A stretch of DNA of 64,000 bases from Myxococcota bacterium (lineage in GTDB: Bacteria > Myxococcota_A > Polyangia > Nannocystales > Nannocystaceae): contig JBCCHT010000045.1 of assembly GCA_039028615.1 (NCBI GenBank), positions 34,158 to 98,157 of the forward strand. The letters are read 5' to 3'. The notes beneath the pieces are model-generated. The model made no database searches, was not told the DNA's origin, and saw only the letters and a program-made list of their open reading frames with translations. The position numbers and the translations under genes were made by a program. Positions 20,472 through 30,502 of this stretch are shown here, piece by piece (within the stretch, counting starts at the first letter, position 1; the number at the start of each line of letters is the position of its first letter).

Positions 20472-21805
20472 AGCGGAACGTCTTGGCGGCAGCCGCGAGC
20501 GTGGGGCTCTTCGCGTGCGGGGACCACTCGCTCGATGCCACCTCCACCGCGGGGTCGGAGAGCACGGGCGCGACGGTGGGCGCCACGGACTCGAGCTCGT
20601 CGGGGGTGACGGTGAGCATGGAGGGCGGAACGCCCGACCTGCCGCCCCCGGACGCGGGTTTCTGCCCTCCCGGGTGCGACGTGGAGCTGGACACGCGGTG
20701 GACCTTCCGCGGAGAGTTTCCCGATCCGCAGCGCCGCGAGACGGTCATCCATCAGCTGCACGCCATGACCTCGGTCTTCGACGACACGCTGATGGTGGCC
20801 GAGGGGCGGGGCCCGGACGTGTGGATCTCTCGCATCTCGCGGGCGGGGAACCTGCTGTGGTCCGAGCGCTTGCCCGTCAGCTTCCCTGCCCAGATCCGGG
20901 ACCTGAGCGCGGGGCCGAGGGGCACCATCTGGTACAGCGGCACGGCGCAGCTGGGCTTCACCGGGGGCATCCCGGTCATCCTCTACGGCCAGTTTTCCTT
21001 CACCGACATCTTCGACAGCGAAAACCACTGGACGCAGCTACAAGGGATCCCCGAGGTGCTGCCGCGGGTCGGGTCGATCGTGCCCTTCAACGAGCAGCGG
21101 GCCGGGCTCGCCATCATCGACCGGCTCGGCTTCGACGGTCGATCGGGCACGGAGCGCATCGACGTGCTCGACCTCAACCGTAGCGGTGCCATCGACAACA
21201 TCCGCTTCATCACGTCGCAATCGGAGACCAACCCGCACGGCGATCCGGTCGCGGCCCCGGTCGGCGAGAACTCGGCCATGGCCTACCCGTCGTTCACCGG
21301 GCTCCAGGACCAGGGCTATGCGGTGTGGATCGAAAACGCATTCCTCGCCGTTCGTGATGCGGTGGCCTTGCCGGGGGCGCCCGACGACATCGCGGCGACC
21401 CCCACCGGGCGGGCGGTCGTGGTCAGCCACCAGTGGAACGGGGCGCAGCTCGAGGTCTTCGTCGACGAGACGGCGCTCGAGCTGCCCTTGCAGTGGGAGT
21501 TCCGGGCGGTCATCGACTCCACCGTCGAGGGGCGCTCCGAGATCGTGGTCGACGAGGACGGCACCGTGATCGTGGCCGTGCCCGCGACCCGCCGCGTGAA
21601 CGGAGAGCTTCGCTCCCGGGTCGAGTTCATCGCGTTGACGCCCGACGGCCAGGTGTACTGGAACGAGACGCTCCCCTTGCCCTTCTTGCCGGGGGAGCGC
21701 CCCATCTCGCTGGAGCTGTCGGCCGACGGCCTGCTGCAGCTGGGCGCGACCGTCAACGATCGCGTGCGCGTCGATCAGGTCGAGCCCCTCTGCGTCTGCG
21801 AGTGA
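20468..21805 (+). CDS. Beta-propeller-like lipoprotein, paralog 3 of 3
   Basis: GTGA overlap; lipobox LFAC; CPPGC; C-terminal LCVCE. Confidence 0.75.
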   Translation: MKRNVLAAAASVGLFACGDHSLDATSTAGSESTGATVGATDSSSSGVTVSMEGGTPDLPPPDAGFCPPGCDVELDTRWTFRGEFPDPQRRETVIHQLHAMTSVFDDTLMVAEGRGPDVWISRISRAGNLLWSERLPVSFPAQIRDLSAGPRGTIWYSGTAQLGFTGGIPVILYGQFSFTDIFDSENHWTQLQGIPEVLPRVGSIVPFNEQRAGLAIIDRLGFDGRSGTERIDVLDLNRSGAIDNIRFITSQSETNPHGDPVAAPVGENSAMAYPSFTGLQDQGYAVWIENAFLAVRDAVALPGAPDDIAATPTGRAVVVSHQWNGAQLEVFVDETALELPLQWEFRAVIDSTVEGRSEIVVDEDGTVIVAVPATRRVNGELRSRVEFIALTPDGQVYWNETLPLPFLPGERPISLELSADGLLQLGATVNDRVRVDQVEPLCVCE

Positions 21806-21824
21806 GCCCGACCTTCACTGCTGG

Positions 21825-23789
21825 CTAGTCTACCGACCACCCGCAGGTGCGGCCCTTGTTCTGCTCGGCGAGGTAGCCGGCCAGGGGCTCGAAGTACTCG
21901 ATGAGCGCCGAGGCATCCATCTCGCGGGTGCCGGTCAGCTTCTCGAGGGCGTCGGGCCAGGGCTTGGAGGCACCCATGGCGAGCATGGCCTGGAGCTTCT
22001 TGCCCGCCTCCTTGCTCTCGTAGATCGAGCACTCGTGCAGCGGACCGGTATGCCCCGAGGCCTGGCACATGGCCTTGTGGAACTGGAACTGGAGGATGTG
22101 CGCGAGGAAGTAGCGCGCGTACGGGGTGTTGGCCGGGATGTGGTACTTGGCGCCCGGATCGAAGTGCTCTTCGCCACGGGGGCTGGGAGCGCCCACGCCC
22201 TGGGCCTTGGCCCGCAGCGTCCACCAGTCGGCGTTGTAGGTCTCGGGCGTGGTCTTGCCGGAGAACACGTCCCAGCGCCACTGGTCGATGATCATGCCGA
22301 AGGGCAAAAACGAGATCTTCTGCAGTGCGTCCTGCATCTGCTTGTTGATCACGCCCTTGTCGTTGCTGCTGATGGTCGACAAAAGGCCGATCTTCTTGAG
22401 GTAGGCCGGGGTGATCGACAGCGCGATGGCATCGCCGATGGCCTCGTGGAAGCCATCGTGGGCGCCGCTCTGAAAGAGCGCGGGCATCGTGTAGTAGTTG
22501 TTGTAGTAGTAGTGATGCCCGAGCTCGTGGTGCACGGTCACGAAGTCTTCGTGATCGATCTTGATGCACATCTTGATGCGCAGGTCGTTGTTCATGCCCA
22601 CGTCCCAGGCGCTGGCGTGGCACACCACCTCGCGGTCCTCGGGCTTCTTGAACAGCGAGCGCTCCCAGAAGGTCTCCGGCAGGGAGTTGAGGCCTAGCGA
22701 GGTAAAGAAGCTCTCGCCCGCGCGGACCATCTTCAGCTCGTCGTAGCCGGCGCCCTGCAGGGCCTTGGTCACGTCGAGGCTGGGCTCGCCGGGGTAGGGC
22801 TCGAGCCAGGGGTACAGCGCGGCCCAGTCCTGCGCCCACATGTTCCCGGTGAGGTGGGCGGGGATGAGGCCGTCCTCGGGCACCTCGTCGCCGTACTTTT
22901 CGTGCAGCTGGGCGCGGACGTGGCAGTGCAGCGCGTCGTACAGCGGCTTGACCTGGTCCCACAGTCGCGCGACCTCCTGCTCGAAGGCCTCGGGGCTCAT
23001 GTCGTAGCGCGAGCGCCACAGCTCACCGACGTCGGCGTAGCCGATGGCCTTGGCGCCCTCGTTCCCCAGCTCCACGAAGCGCTGGTACTTGTCGCGCATC
23101 GGCACGGAGACGGTGCGCCAGCGCTCCCACGCGTCGCGCTGCGCCTTGGCGTCGGTCGCCTTGCCCGCCTCGTCGCTGAGGATCGCGCTCAGCGCTCCGA
23201 GGTCCTGGCAGGTGTCGGGCTTGGACTCGTCCTCGCACCACTTGCCCTTGCCGTACATGCCCTCGAGGTTGGCGCTGATGGTGGCCAGCTCCTTGCGCTT
23301 GGCCTCGTTGTCGGGGGCGGGCAGCGTCGAGGTCAGCTTCAGCAGCTTGATCTGCCGCAGCACGTCCTCGTCGCCCTCGGTCATCCCGTCGTAGCGCGTG
23401 GCCAGCTGGATCGCCTGGGTCTCGTAGGCCATGGTCGCCGCGTTGGCCTCGGCGGCCGCGGCCTCGTGCTCGTCGGTGATGTCGGTCGCCTTGGTCCACT
23501 CGGCCTCGGCGCCCTTGGTCCACAGCTCGCGGAGCTTGGCGTCGACGTCCTGGGCGAACTTCTTCGCGTCGTCGGCCGTGGGCTTGGGGGCGGCGTCGAC
23601 CAACGCCTTGGTGTTGATCTTGAGCTTCTCGGACTCGTCGACCGCGTCTTCCCCGGCCTTGGCCGTCTTTTTGGCGTCTTTGTTGCCCTTCCCGGCCTTG
23701 CCTCCCGCACCGCCACAGGCGACGGAGGACAACGCGAACAGGGCGAGGGTCACCGAGGAGAACGTTCGAGTCGCGCGATTCACCGACAT
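21825..23789 (-). CDS. M2-family metallopeptidase (ACE-like peptidyl-dipeptidase A), lipoprotein
   Basis: IPAHLTGNMWAQDW, VVCHASAWD, IKMC, HHELGH, GFHEAIGD, FDPGAKYHIP, YARYF. Confidence 0.95.
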   Translation of the reverse strand: MSVNRATRTFSSVTLALFALSSVACGGAGGKAGKGNKDAKKTAKAGEDAVDESEKLKINTKALVDAAPKPTADDAKKFAQDVDAKLRELWTKGAEAEWTKATDITDEHEAAAAEANAATMAYETQAIQLATRYDGMTEGDEDVLRQIKLLKLTSTLPAPDNEAKRKELATISANLEGMYGKGKWCEDESKPDTCQDLGALSAILSDEAGKATDAKAQRDAWERWRTVSVPMRDKYQRFVELGNEGAKAIGYADVGELWRSRYDMSPEAFEQEVARLWDQVKPLYDALHCHVRAQLHEKYGDEVPEDGLIPAHLTGNMWAQDWAALYPWLEPYPGEPSLDVTKALQGAGYDELKMVRAGESFFTSLGLNSLPETFWERSLFKKPEDREVVCHASAWDVGMNNDLRIKMCIKIDHEDFVTVHHELGHHYYYNNYYTMPALFQSGAHDGFHEAIGDAIALSITPAYLKKIGLLSTISSNDKGVINKQMQDALQKISFLPFGMIIDQWRWDVFSGKTTPETYNADWWTLRAKAQGVGAPSPRGEEHFDPGAKYHIPANTPYARYFLAHILQFQFHKAMCQASGHTGPLHECSIYESKEAGKKLQAMLAMGASKPWPDALEKLTGTREMDASALIEYFEPLAGYLAEQNKGRTCGWSVD

Positions 23790-23900
23790 GTCGCGCGGAC
23801 GCTAACTCTCCAAAACTGCCCTTGGCAAACGACTCGAGCACAAACCGGCCCAGGGCCGATCATCGGGGCCGCGCGGCGCTTGGTCGGCGCACGTTCTCCA

Positions 23901-23986
23901 CTGCGAAGCGAACCTCGCAGGGGGCCGCGAAGACCGATGATGCCTATATCGACGGCACCATTGGTATCCGCGGTCACCCATTGACC
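23901..23986 (-). ncRNA. Candidate structured RNA element (three hairpins) upstream of the M2 peptidase gene
   Basis: Minus strand: GGUCA/UGACC; CCGCGGA-ACC-AUGGUGCC paired with GGCAUCAU-GGU-UUCGCGG; CUGCGAGG-UUCG-CUUCGCAG; G-U pairs only on - strand. Confidence 0.4.
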
Positions 23987-24029
23987 CTCGCTCAGCCGCG
24001 GCCTCGGGCGCCGAGGGCGGAAGCGGAGC

Positions 24030-24845
24030 CTAGTACTGCTCCCGGTAGGCGTTGCGACAGATGCCGAAGTGGGTCCCGTTGTTGTCCGCGGAACCGCAGC
24101 CGTTGACGGTGATCTCGTACTTGTCGTCGTGGCTGTCCCAGCGTGCGTGTGTCGTGATCTGCTTGTAGCTGCCTCGGTCGTACCAGCAGACCTCCCCCGG
24201 GTTCTTGCTCTCCATCGTCTGGATGATCCCCGAGTTGTTGATGGTCAGCGTGTTCACGCCCGTGTTCGCACACAGCACGTCGGCCTTGACCTGCCACCAC
24301 ACGCCCAGCCAGTCGCGGTGCTGGAACTTCGATTGCGTCCATGCCTCGCGGTCCCCCGACCACGGCGTGGTGATCCCGTGGCGGACCCTGAGGCGGTTGT
24401 CGCCCTTGGTGCGCGTCGACCAGTTGGAGGTCCCGCGAAACGAGATGTCCTCGTCGTCGGGCTCGTAGACCTCCATCGCCTCGGCAATCAGGCCGAGGGT
24501 CTGCGCGTTCATCTCCTCGAGCGAGACCCCCTCGCGGGCCAGCTCCACCTGCTGGCCGCTGATCTCGATGGCCGCGTCTCGACCGACCTGATCGCAGAAA
24601 TCGCCGTACAGGCCGCACTCGAAGGGAGCGGTGAGGCGCTCCCGGGTGAGCTCGAGGTCGCCGTTGGCCACGTAGGTCTCGTGGAACGCGACGAGCTCTT
24701 CTTCGTCGAGTTCGAACATCAGCTCGCCATCGCGTGGCGCCTCGTCTTCGACGGGCATCGGGTCGCAGGCGAGGGCTCCGGCCGACAGCACAGCCGCGCC
24801 GAGATACCAAGAGAGGAACGAACGAATGGGGGCACCGTGAGTCAT
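24030..24845 (-). CDS. Hypothetical lipoprotein
   Basis: ATG 24845; lipobox ALAC; acidic helical N-part, basic beta-rich C-part with Cys pairs. Confidence 0.7.
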   Translation of the reverse strand: MTHGAPIRSFLSWYLGAAVLSAGALACDPMPVEDEAPRDGELMFELDEEELVAFHETYVANGDLELTRERLTAPFECGLYGDFCDQVGRDAAIEISGQQVELAREGVSLEEMNAQTLGLIAEAMEVYEPDDEDISFRGTSNWSTRTKGDNRLRVRHGITTPWSGDREAWTQSKFQHRDWLGVWWQVKADVLCANTGVNTLTINNSGIIQTMESKNPGEVCWYDRGSYKQITTHARWDSHDDKYEITVNGCGSADNNGTHFGICRNAYREQY

Positions 24846-25030
24846 ACCGGCCCATTGGCGGTGGTCGTCTCGGTGATGACGGGGGCTCGGATGTTTTTTC
24901 CTCCGTGCGAGAGCCCGCACGCGGCGCTCGACGGGCGAATCCCGGGGGGAAACGACCGCGTGTCGCACCTGGGCGCAAACACGGGGCTCGCCTGGCTGAG
25001 AGGCGGTCGGCCATGCGACGTTTGCCGGGC

Positions 25031-26176
25031 ATGACCGAGGCATCGCGGATCTACGTTCTGTACACCGGAGGCACCATCGGCATGGACGGTCACCCGCTGG
25101 CGCCCATGCCCACCTCGCGGTTCGAGGCACTCATGGCCACGATGCCCGGCTTCAACCCGCCGTGGCTGACGCTACAGACCTTCGCCAACCAGGACATCCG
25201 GGTCAGCTACGAGCTCGATGCGTTCGAGGAGCCCATCGACAGCTCCGCCATGGTCCCGCGGGACTGGGTCCGCATCGCCCGGCGGGTGCTCGACAACTAC
25301 GACCAGTTCGACGGCTTCGTCGTCCTGCACGGCACCGACACCATGGCCTGGACCGCCTCGGCGCTGTCGTTCTTGCTCGAGGGCCTGGCCAAGCCGGTCG
25401 TGGTGACCGGATCCCAGGTGCCCTTGGCCCAGACCCGCAACGACGGCCTGCGCAACCTGGTGTCCGCCATGCAGATCGCCGCCACCACGAGCGTGCCCGA
25501 GGTCGGCCTGTTCTTCGACATGGCGCTGTACCGCGGTTGTCGGGCGGCCAAGGTCAGCACCAACGCCTTCGAGGGCTTCGCCTCGCCCAACGCGGGGGCG
25601 CTGGCCGACGTGGGCATCGGCATCGAGATCAACGAAGGCATGGTGCGCTTGCCTCCGCCCGTCGAGATCAGCCTCGAGGACCCGGCCAATCGCGAGCGGA
25701 TCTCCGCGCGGCTCGACACCATCGAGCGGGCACTGCCGAACTTCTCCGTGCTCTCGCTGGCCCTCTTTCCGGGCATCCAGCAGTCCAACGCGGTGGACGT
25801 CATGCTCTCGTTCACCGAGCCGCCCGTGCGCGGGGTCGTGCTCCAGGCCTTCGGCGAGGGCAATGCCCCCTCCACGCCCTCGTTCATCGACGCCCTACGG
25901 CGGGCCCACGAGCGCGGCGTGGTGATCGTGGACGGCACCCAGGTCATGCAGGGCTCGGTCAACGTCGATGCCTATCAGTCCGCCTCGGGGCTCGAGCAGG
26001 CGGGGGCCATCAGCAGCTACGACATGACGCCCGAGGCCGCTCAGGCCAAGCTGACCTACCTCATCGCGCTCGGCCTTCAGCCCAAAGAGGTCGAAACGCT
26101 GATGCAGCGGAACCTGCGGGGCGAACTCGAGGCGCAGGCCGGGCCCACGCAGGGGCTGACCTTCGTCGATCGCTGA
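25031..26176 (+). CDS. ansA: L-asparaginase type I
   Basis: LYTGGTIGM, IDSSAM, HGTDTMAWTAS, KPVVVTGSQVPL, FASPN, DMTPEAAQAKL. Confidence 0.93.
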   Translation: MTEASRIYVLYTGGTIGMDGHPLAPMPTSRFEALMATMPGFNPPWLTLQTFANQDIRVSYELDAFEEPIDSSAMVPRDWVRIARRVLDNYDQFDGFVVLHGTDTMAWTASALSFLLEGLAKPVVVTGSQVPLAQTRNDGLRNLVSAMQIAATTSVPEVGLFFDMALYRGCRAAKVSTNAFEGFASPNAGALADVGIGIEINEGMVRLPPPVEISLEDPANRERISARLDTIERALPNFSVLSLALFPGIQQSNAVDVMLSFTEPPVRGVVLQAFGEGNAPSTPSFIDALRRAHERGVVIVDGTQVMQGSVNVDAYQSASGLEQAGAISSYDMTPEAAQAKLTYLIALGLQPKEVETLMQRNLRGELEAQAGPTQGLTFVDR

Positions 26177-26401
26177 GGCCTCCTCCCCCTGTGCCGTCGG
26201 CGCCGAAGTCGGTTCGGTCCTTCGGCGCAATGAACGGTATTCAGTCCGTAACTGTCCGTCCGGGGATTGCATACCGCCCTCTAGTCGAGACGGCGACGCC
26301 CGCGACCCCTGCGGCGCGGAGTCGCGCGCGGCGGGGAGGGATGGATGCGACGCTGGAAGGAGCGACGACGGATACGGCCACGGTGGCGTCCTGGTGGGCC
26401 C

Positions 26402-27952
26402 ATGGCGGGCGGTGGACTGGTGGCGATTGCCGGCGTGTTCGCGTGCACGCGGGCCAACCCGGCGTTCGACGCCAGTGAGTCCGCTGCGGAGGCATCCGAG
26501 ACCTCTGCGGTTGGCGAAGGGACCACGGGTGTCTCGGGCTCCGTCGACGACTCCGATGCGGAGGACACTGCTCTCCCGCCCGAGGCGACGACCAGCGGGG
26601 GGCTCGACTCGACCTCGAGTCCCTTGGATGACACCTCTTCGGGCGACGAGTGCACGAGCGACGAGGAGTGCCCGGAGGGCATGGTGTGCGACTCGAGCTG
26701 CGTGGCGGTATGCGGTGACGGCCTCGTGCTCGCATCCGAGGCGTGCGACGACGGCAACGACGTCGATGGCGACGGCTGCGACGTCGATTGCACGCCGACG
26801 GAGCTCGTCGTCGGAGCGTCGTTCGTCAACACCTGCGTCCTCATCGAGGGCGGCCGCGCCCGCTGCTGGGGAGAAAACGGCTACGGCCAGCTCGGGCTGG
26901 GTCACACCGACGACACCAGTCAGTACGAAGCCTGGCAGGGCGGAGACCTCCCCTTGCCTGGGCCGCTGCGGCAGCTCGGGATGGGAGACAACCACTTCTG
27001 TGGCGTGCTCGCGGCCACCGATGACGTGATCTGCTGGGGCGAAGCCGAGGGCGGGATGCTCGGCTACGCGAACACCACCGCGTTGTTTGCCCCGCCCGCC
27101 GCCGCGGTGGAGGTCGGGTTCCCCGTGCGCTCGATGGTCGGCGGTCAGTACCACTCGTGCGCGCTCGGGCTCGGCGGGGAGGTGGCCTGCTGGGGCTTCG
27201 GGCCCGAGCTCGGGTACGGACACTTGCATGCGATCGGCGACGACGAGTCCCCATCGTCGCAAGGCACGGTCCTCGTGCCCGCGGGGGCATCGATCTCCGC
27301 GGGAGTGCAGACGACCTGCATCGTCGACGACTTCGGCGCCATCCTGTGTTGGGGGGCGAACGACAGCGGACAGCTCGGGGTCGGCCACCTCGAGCCGGTG
27401 GGGGACAACGAGACCCCGAACGACCTGTTGTTCTTCGACCAGCCCGCGCTCACCGTCGAGGCCGGCTACCACCACACCTGCGCCCTGTTCGCGGGAGGGA
27501 GCGTGCGGTGCTGGGGCAGCGCGGTGTTCGGCCAGCTCGGCCGCGGCGACGAGCAGATGCTCGGCCACATCGAGCCCGTGACCACGATCGAGCCGGTCGA
27601 GTTCGGAGAGCGGAGCCTGGTCGTCGATCTCACCGTCGGCGATCGCCATAGCTGTGTCCTGTTCGAGGATGGCCGGGCCAAGTGCTGGGGCCTGGGGCTA
27701 TCCGGGCAGCTCGGCCAGGGGGGATTCGACGACATCGGCGACGACGAGCGGCCGTCGGAGATCCCGACGATCGACCTGGGCGGCCAGCGAATCCTCCAGA
27801 TCGAGGCGGGGGGTGACCACACCTGCGCCGTGGTCGAGGGCCACCAGCTGTACTGCTGGGGCGAAAACGACAGCGGCCAGCTCGGCCTCGGGCACACGCT
27901 CGACGTCTCGAATCCGCTGGACGGGTGGGTGCCGGTCCACGATCCCGCGTAG
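26402..27952 (+). CDS. RCC1-repeat beta-propeller lipoprotein with myxobacterial Cys-rich (DUF4215-like) motif
   Basis: Repeated CWG.N..GQLG.G and G..HTCA motifs; CGDG...EACDDGNDVDGDGC. Confidence 0.9.
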   Translation: MAGGGLVAIAGVFACTRANPAFDASESAAEASETSAVGEGTTGVSGSVDDSDAEDTALPPEATTSGGLDSTSSPLDDTSSGDECTSDEECPEGMVCDSSCVAVCGDGLVLASEACDDGNDVDGDGCDVDCTPTELVVGASFVNTCVLIEGGRARCWGENGYGQLGLGHTDDTSQYEAWQGGDLPLPGPLRQLGMGDNHFCGVLAATDDVICWGEAEGGMLGYANTTALFAPPAAAVEVGFPVRSMVGGQYHSCALGLGGEVACWGFGPELGYGHLHAIGDDESPSSQGTVLVPAGASISAGVQTTCIVDDFGAILCWGANDSGQLGVGHLEPVGDNETPNDLLFFDQPALTVEAGYHHTCALFAGGSVRCWGSAVFGQLGRGDEQMLGHIEPVTTIEPVEFGERSLVVDLTVGDRHSCVLFEDGRAKCWGLGLSGQLGQGGFDDIGDDERPSEIPTIDLGGQRILQIEAGGDHTCAVVEGHQLYCWGENDSGQLGLGHTLDVSNPLDGWVPVHDPA

Positions 27953-27969
27953 CCGCCGAGCCCACGGAA

Positions 27970-28001
27970 AAGGGCCCGAGGTCGGATGACCGCGGGCCCT
28001 T
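27970..28001 (-). terminator. Terminator hairpin between convergent genes
   Basis: AAGGGCCCG-A-GGTC-GGAT-GACC-G-CGGGCCCTT; short T tract on - strand. Confidence 0.55.
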
Positions 28002-28024
28002 GGGGTTCCGGCTTCAGGGGAGGC

Positions 28025-29590
28025 TCAGGCGCCCGAGCCGTCGCACCAGGCCTCGTCGAGGAGGAAGGCCGGGGTGGCGTCGCACATGCGCTCGCCGAAG
28101 CGGACGATGCACTCGCCCCAGCACTGGTCGCTGTTGTCACAGGCGGCGCCGGAGCGGCGCAGCTCGGTGCAGATGCCGTCCACGGCGCCCATGGGGGCCT
28201 CGCAGAAGGAGCCGACGATGCAGGGCTCGGTGGTGCCGTCGGTGCGGCACGGAGCTCCGATGACGGCACCGCTGGTGCACTCGCCCATGTAGCAGGCGAG
28301 CGACTCGCACTCGGCTCCGCTGTTGCAGAGCACGCCGTTTTGGAAGGGCGGGCGCAGGCAGACGGCGTCGCGACAGACGAGGTTGTCGTCGGGGTCGCAC
28401 TCGGCATCGGAGTTGGGGCAGGGCCCGTTCTCACCCGAGTACGCCTGACACGTCGGCATGGCCGGGTCCATGTTGCAGAAGCCACCCTGGCACTCGGCGT
28501 TGTCGAAGCTGGGGCAGGGCTGCCCGGCGCCGAGCGAGGGGCTGCACAGGCCGCCCTGGCAGAAGCCGGACTCACACTCGGTGTTGTCGTTACACGGGTC
28601 GCCGGTCGGCGCCAGGTTGGCGCAGAAGCCCCCGTTGATCACGTCGCAGAAGTTGGACGAGCAGTCGTTGTTCTTCGTGCAGACGGTGCCCTCGCCACCC
28701 GGCTGCTGGCAGCTGGCGGCGGTGTCGAAGTTGCCCTTGCAGAAGTAGGTCTCGGGGCAGTCCGAGTCCTCGATGGTGTCGAAGCAGGGCGATCCCGGCG
28801 AGCAGAAGCCGCCCGCGCAGACCTGGGCGACGGGGTCGCAGGTCAGGCCCGCGGCGCAGCGGATGGTCTCGGTGCCGGGGATGGGGTTGAGCGGGTCGGC
28901 GAAGGCACAGCTCTCGCCCGACAGCGCACCCGGGGCACAGGTGCCGCTCTCCCAGTCGCAGATGAGGCCCTCGGCACACTCGGCGTCCGCGAAGCAGTTC
29001 TCGTTCTCGCGCGCCCGCAGGGCACAGACCCCAGCGATGCCGAAGTCGATGCAGCGCAGGCCCTCTTGGCACTCCCAGGGGCCGTCGCACTCTTCGCCGA
29101 CCGCTTGCCGGCCGCGGAACATCTCGTTGGGATCGCAGGGGTCGGCCTCGACCTCCATGGCGCTCGGCGTGCAGCGGCCCACCGGGCCCACGACCACGGG
29201 GACGTTGCACTCGCGGTCGGCGGTGGCGTCGGCACACTCGCGGACGGCGGTGGAGTTCACGTCGACGCGACCCTCGTTGATCGACAGCGCCAGCACCAGC
29301 AGACCCTCGGCCGGGTCGTTGCTCAGCTCGTTCTGCTCCAAGTCGAGCGGGACGCCGGTCGAGATGGCGTCGAGCATGCGCTCGCTGCAATCGCCCGCGT
29401 CGACGGTGAAGTCGCCCACCTGGTAGACGAGCTCATCCGGGGTGCAGCAGCCGAACATCCAGTCGCACGCGGCGTCGACCAGCGGCGTCATGTTGCTGCG
29501 GGCGGTATCGATGCCCGAAGTCTCCTCCTCGGCGCAGCCGGACAGCAGCATCAGGGCGACGGAACCGAACAGGGTCGCTTTACGGAACAT
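28025..29590 (-). CDS. Cys-rich (Dickkopf-like repeat) lipoprotein
   Basis: Lipobox LSGC; many G..C....EC..G..C....C repeats. Confidence 0.85.
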   Translation of the reverse strand: MFRKATLFGSVALMLLSGCAEEETSGIDTARSNMTPLVDAACDWMFGCCTPDELVYQVGDFTVDAGDCSERMLDAISTGVPLDLEQNELSNDPAEGLLVLALSINEGRVDVNSTAVRECADATADRECNVPVVVGPVGRCTPSAMEVEADPCDPNEMFRGRQAVGEECDGPWECQEGLRCIDFGIAGVCALRARENENCFADAECAEGLICDWESGTCAPGALSGESCAFADPLNPIPGTETIRCAAGLTCDPVAQVCAGGFCSPGSPCFDTIEDSDCPETYFCKGNFDTAASCQQPGGEGTVCTKNNDCSSNFCDVINGGFCANLAPTGDPCNDNTECESGFCQGGLCSPSLGAGQPCPSFDNAECQGGFCNMDPAMPTCQAYSGENGPCPNSDAECDPDDNLVCRDAVCLRPPFQNGVLCNSGAECESLACYMGECTSGAVIGAPCRTDGTTEPCIVGSFCEAPMGAVDGICTELRRSGAACDNSDQCWGECIVRFGERMCDATPAFLLDEAWCDGSGA

Positions 29591-29820
29591 ATGCCAAAAG
29601 GCGTATCACTCCGAACCCTCGTTTGCCCAGAAGGTGAGTCACAATCACCCGATTTTGTGCCCAGGAGGGCCCATGTCGGGCCTGGGTGTCTCGTTCGCGT
29701 CGAGAGGCAGATAAAGCCCACATTGGCCGCAATCGTGCGGCCGGATCGCGGCGGCCCGACGCCCGATGGGGGCGGGCTCGGCTGCCACCGCGGCCCGGTA
29801 CTGCTACCGTGGAAGGGTCG

Positions 29821-30474
29821 ATGGGATGGAAGGCGAACGCGGGGGGTCTGGCAGTGGTGTTCATGGCCGGATGCCCGGTCGTCCCGGACGATGGCGGAGA
29901 CGAGTCTGCGGCCCAGGATCCGTCCACGTCCGGGGCCACGATGGACTCCGCGTCGGGCCCGGATATTGACTCCGGGTCGAGCATCTCCGCCACCAGCGTG
30001 GCCACGGCGACCGAGACCTCGGACGAGGCCGAGCCCTGGTTCGAGGTGGGCTGGGGCACCGACGACTTCAACGCCTTCGACGGCGTCTTGCCCGTGGTGA
30101 CGGGCCCCCAGGGTCTGTCGATGTTCTCGATGCCGATCCGCGGGGCCGGGTTTTACACCCCACCCATGCCCAGCTTCGACAACCCGGACATGCCCATGCT
30201 GCAGGCGTGGGTCGACATCGAGGGCCTCAACGACAGCCCGGGCGGTCACTTCAACGAGGTCAACGACTACCCCGCGCTGTTCTACCCCTCGTTCGACGAC
30301 CCCGGCACGCTCGAGGGGCCCGCGGTGTGGCTGGTCCTGCCCGATGCGGTCGAGGCCGAGGACATCGATGGGATGCCCGCGTTGTTGCACGCCGAGCTGC
30401 TCGACGCCGATGGCTTGTTCTTCGTCGAGGAGTACGAGCTCGTCGTCGAAGTGTCGGACCCGTCCGGCGGCTAG
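29821..30474 (+). CDS. Hypothetical lipoprotein
   Basis: Lipobox MAGC, Ser/Thr linker, FEVGWG...VVTGPQG domain. Confidence 0.7.
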   Translation: MGWKANAGGLAVVFMAGCPVVPDDGGDESAAQDPSTSGATMDSASGPDIDSGSSISATSVATATETSDEAEPWFEVGWGTDDFNAFDGVLPVVTGPQGLSMFSMPIRGAGFYTPPMPSFDNPDMPMLQAWVDIEGLNDSPGGHFNEVNDYPALFYPSFDDPGTLEGPAVWLVLPDAVEAEDIDGMPALLHAELLDADGLFFVEEYELVVEVSDPSGG

Positions 30475-30502
30475 CACCTTCCGCACGGGCCCGACGCTCG
30501 GC

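Noticed and set aside
27986..30100. 704-aa plus-strand ORF
   Set aside because: Antisense shadow of the Cys-rich lipoprotein 28025-29590
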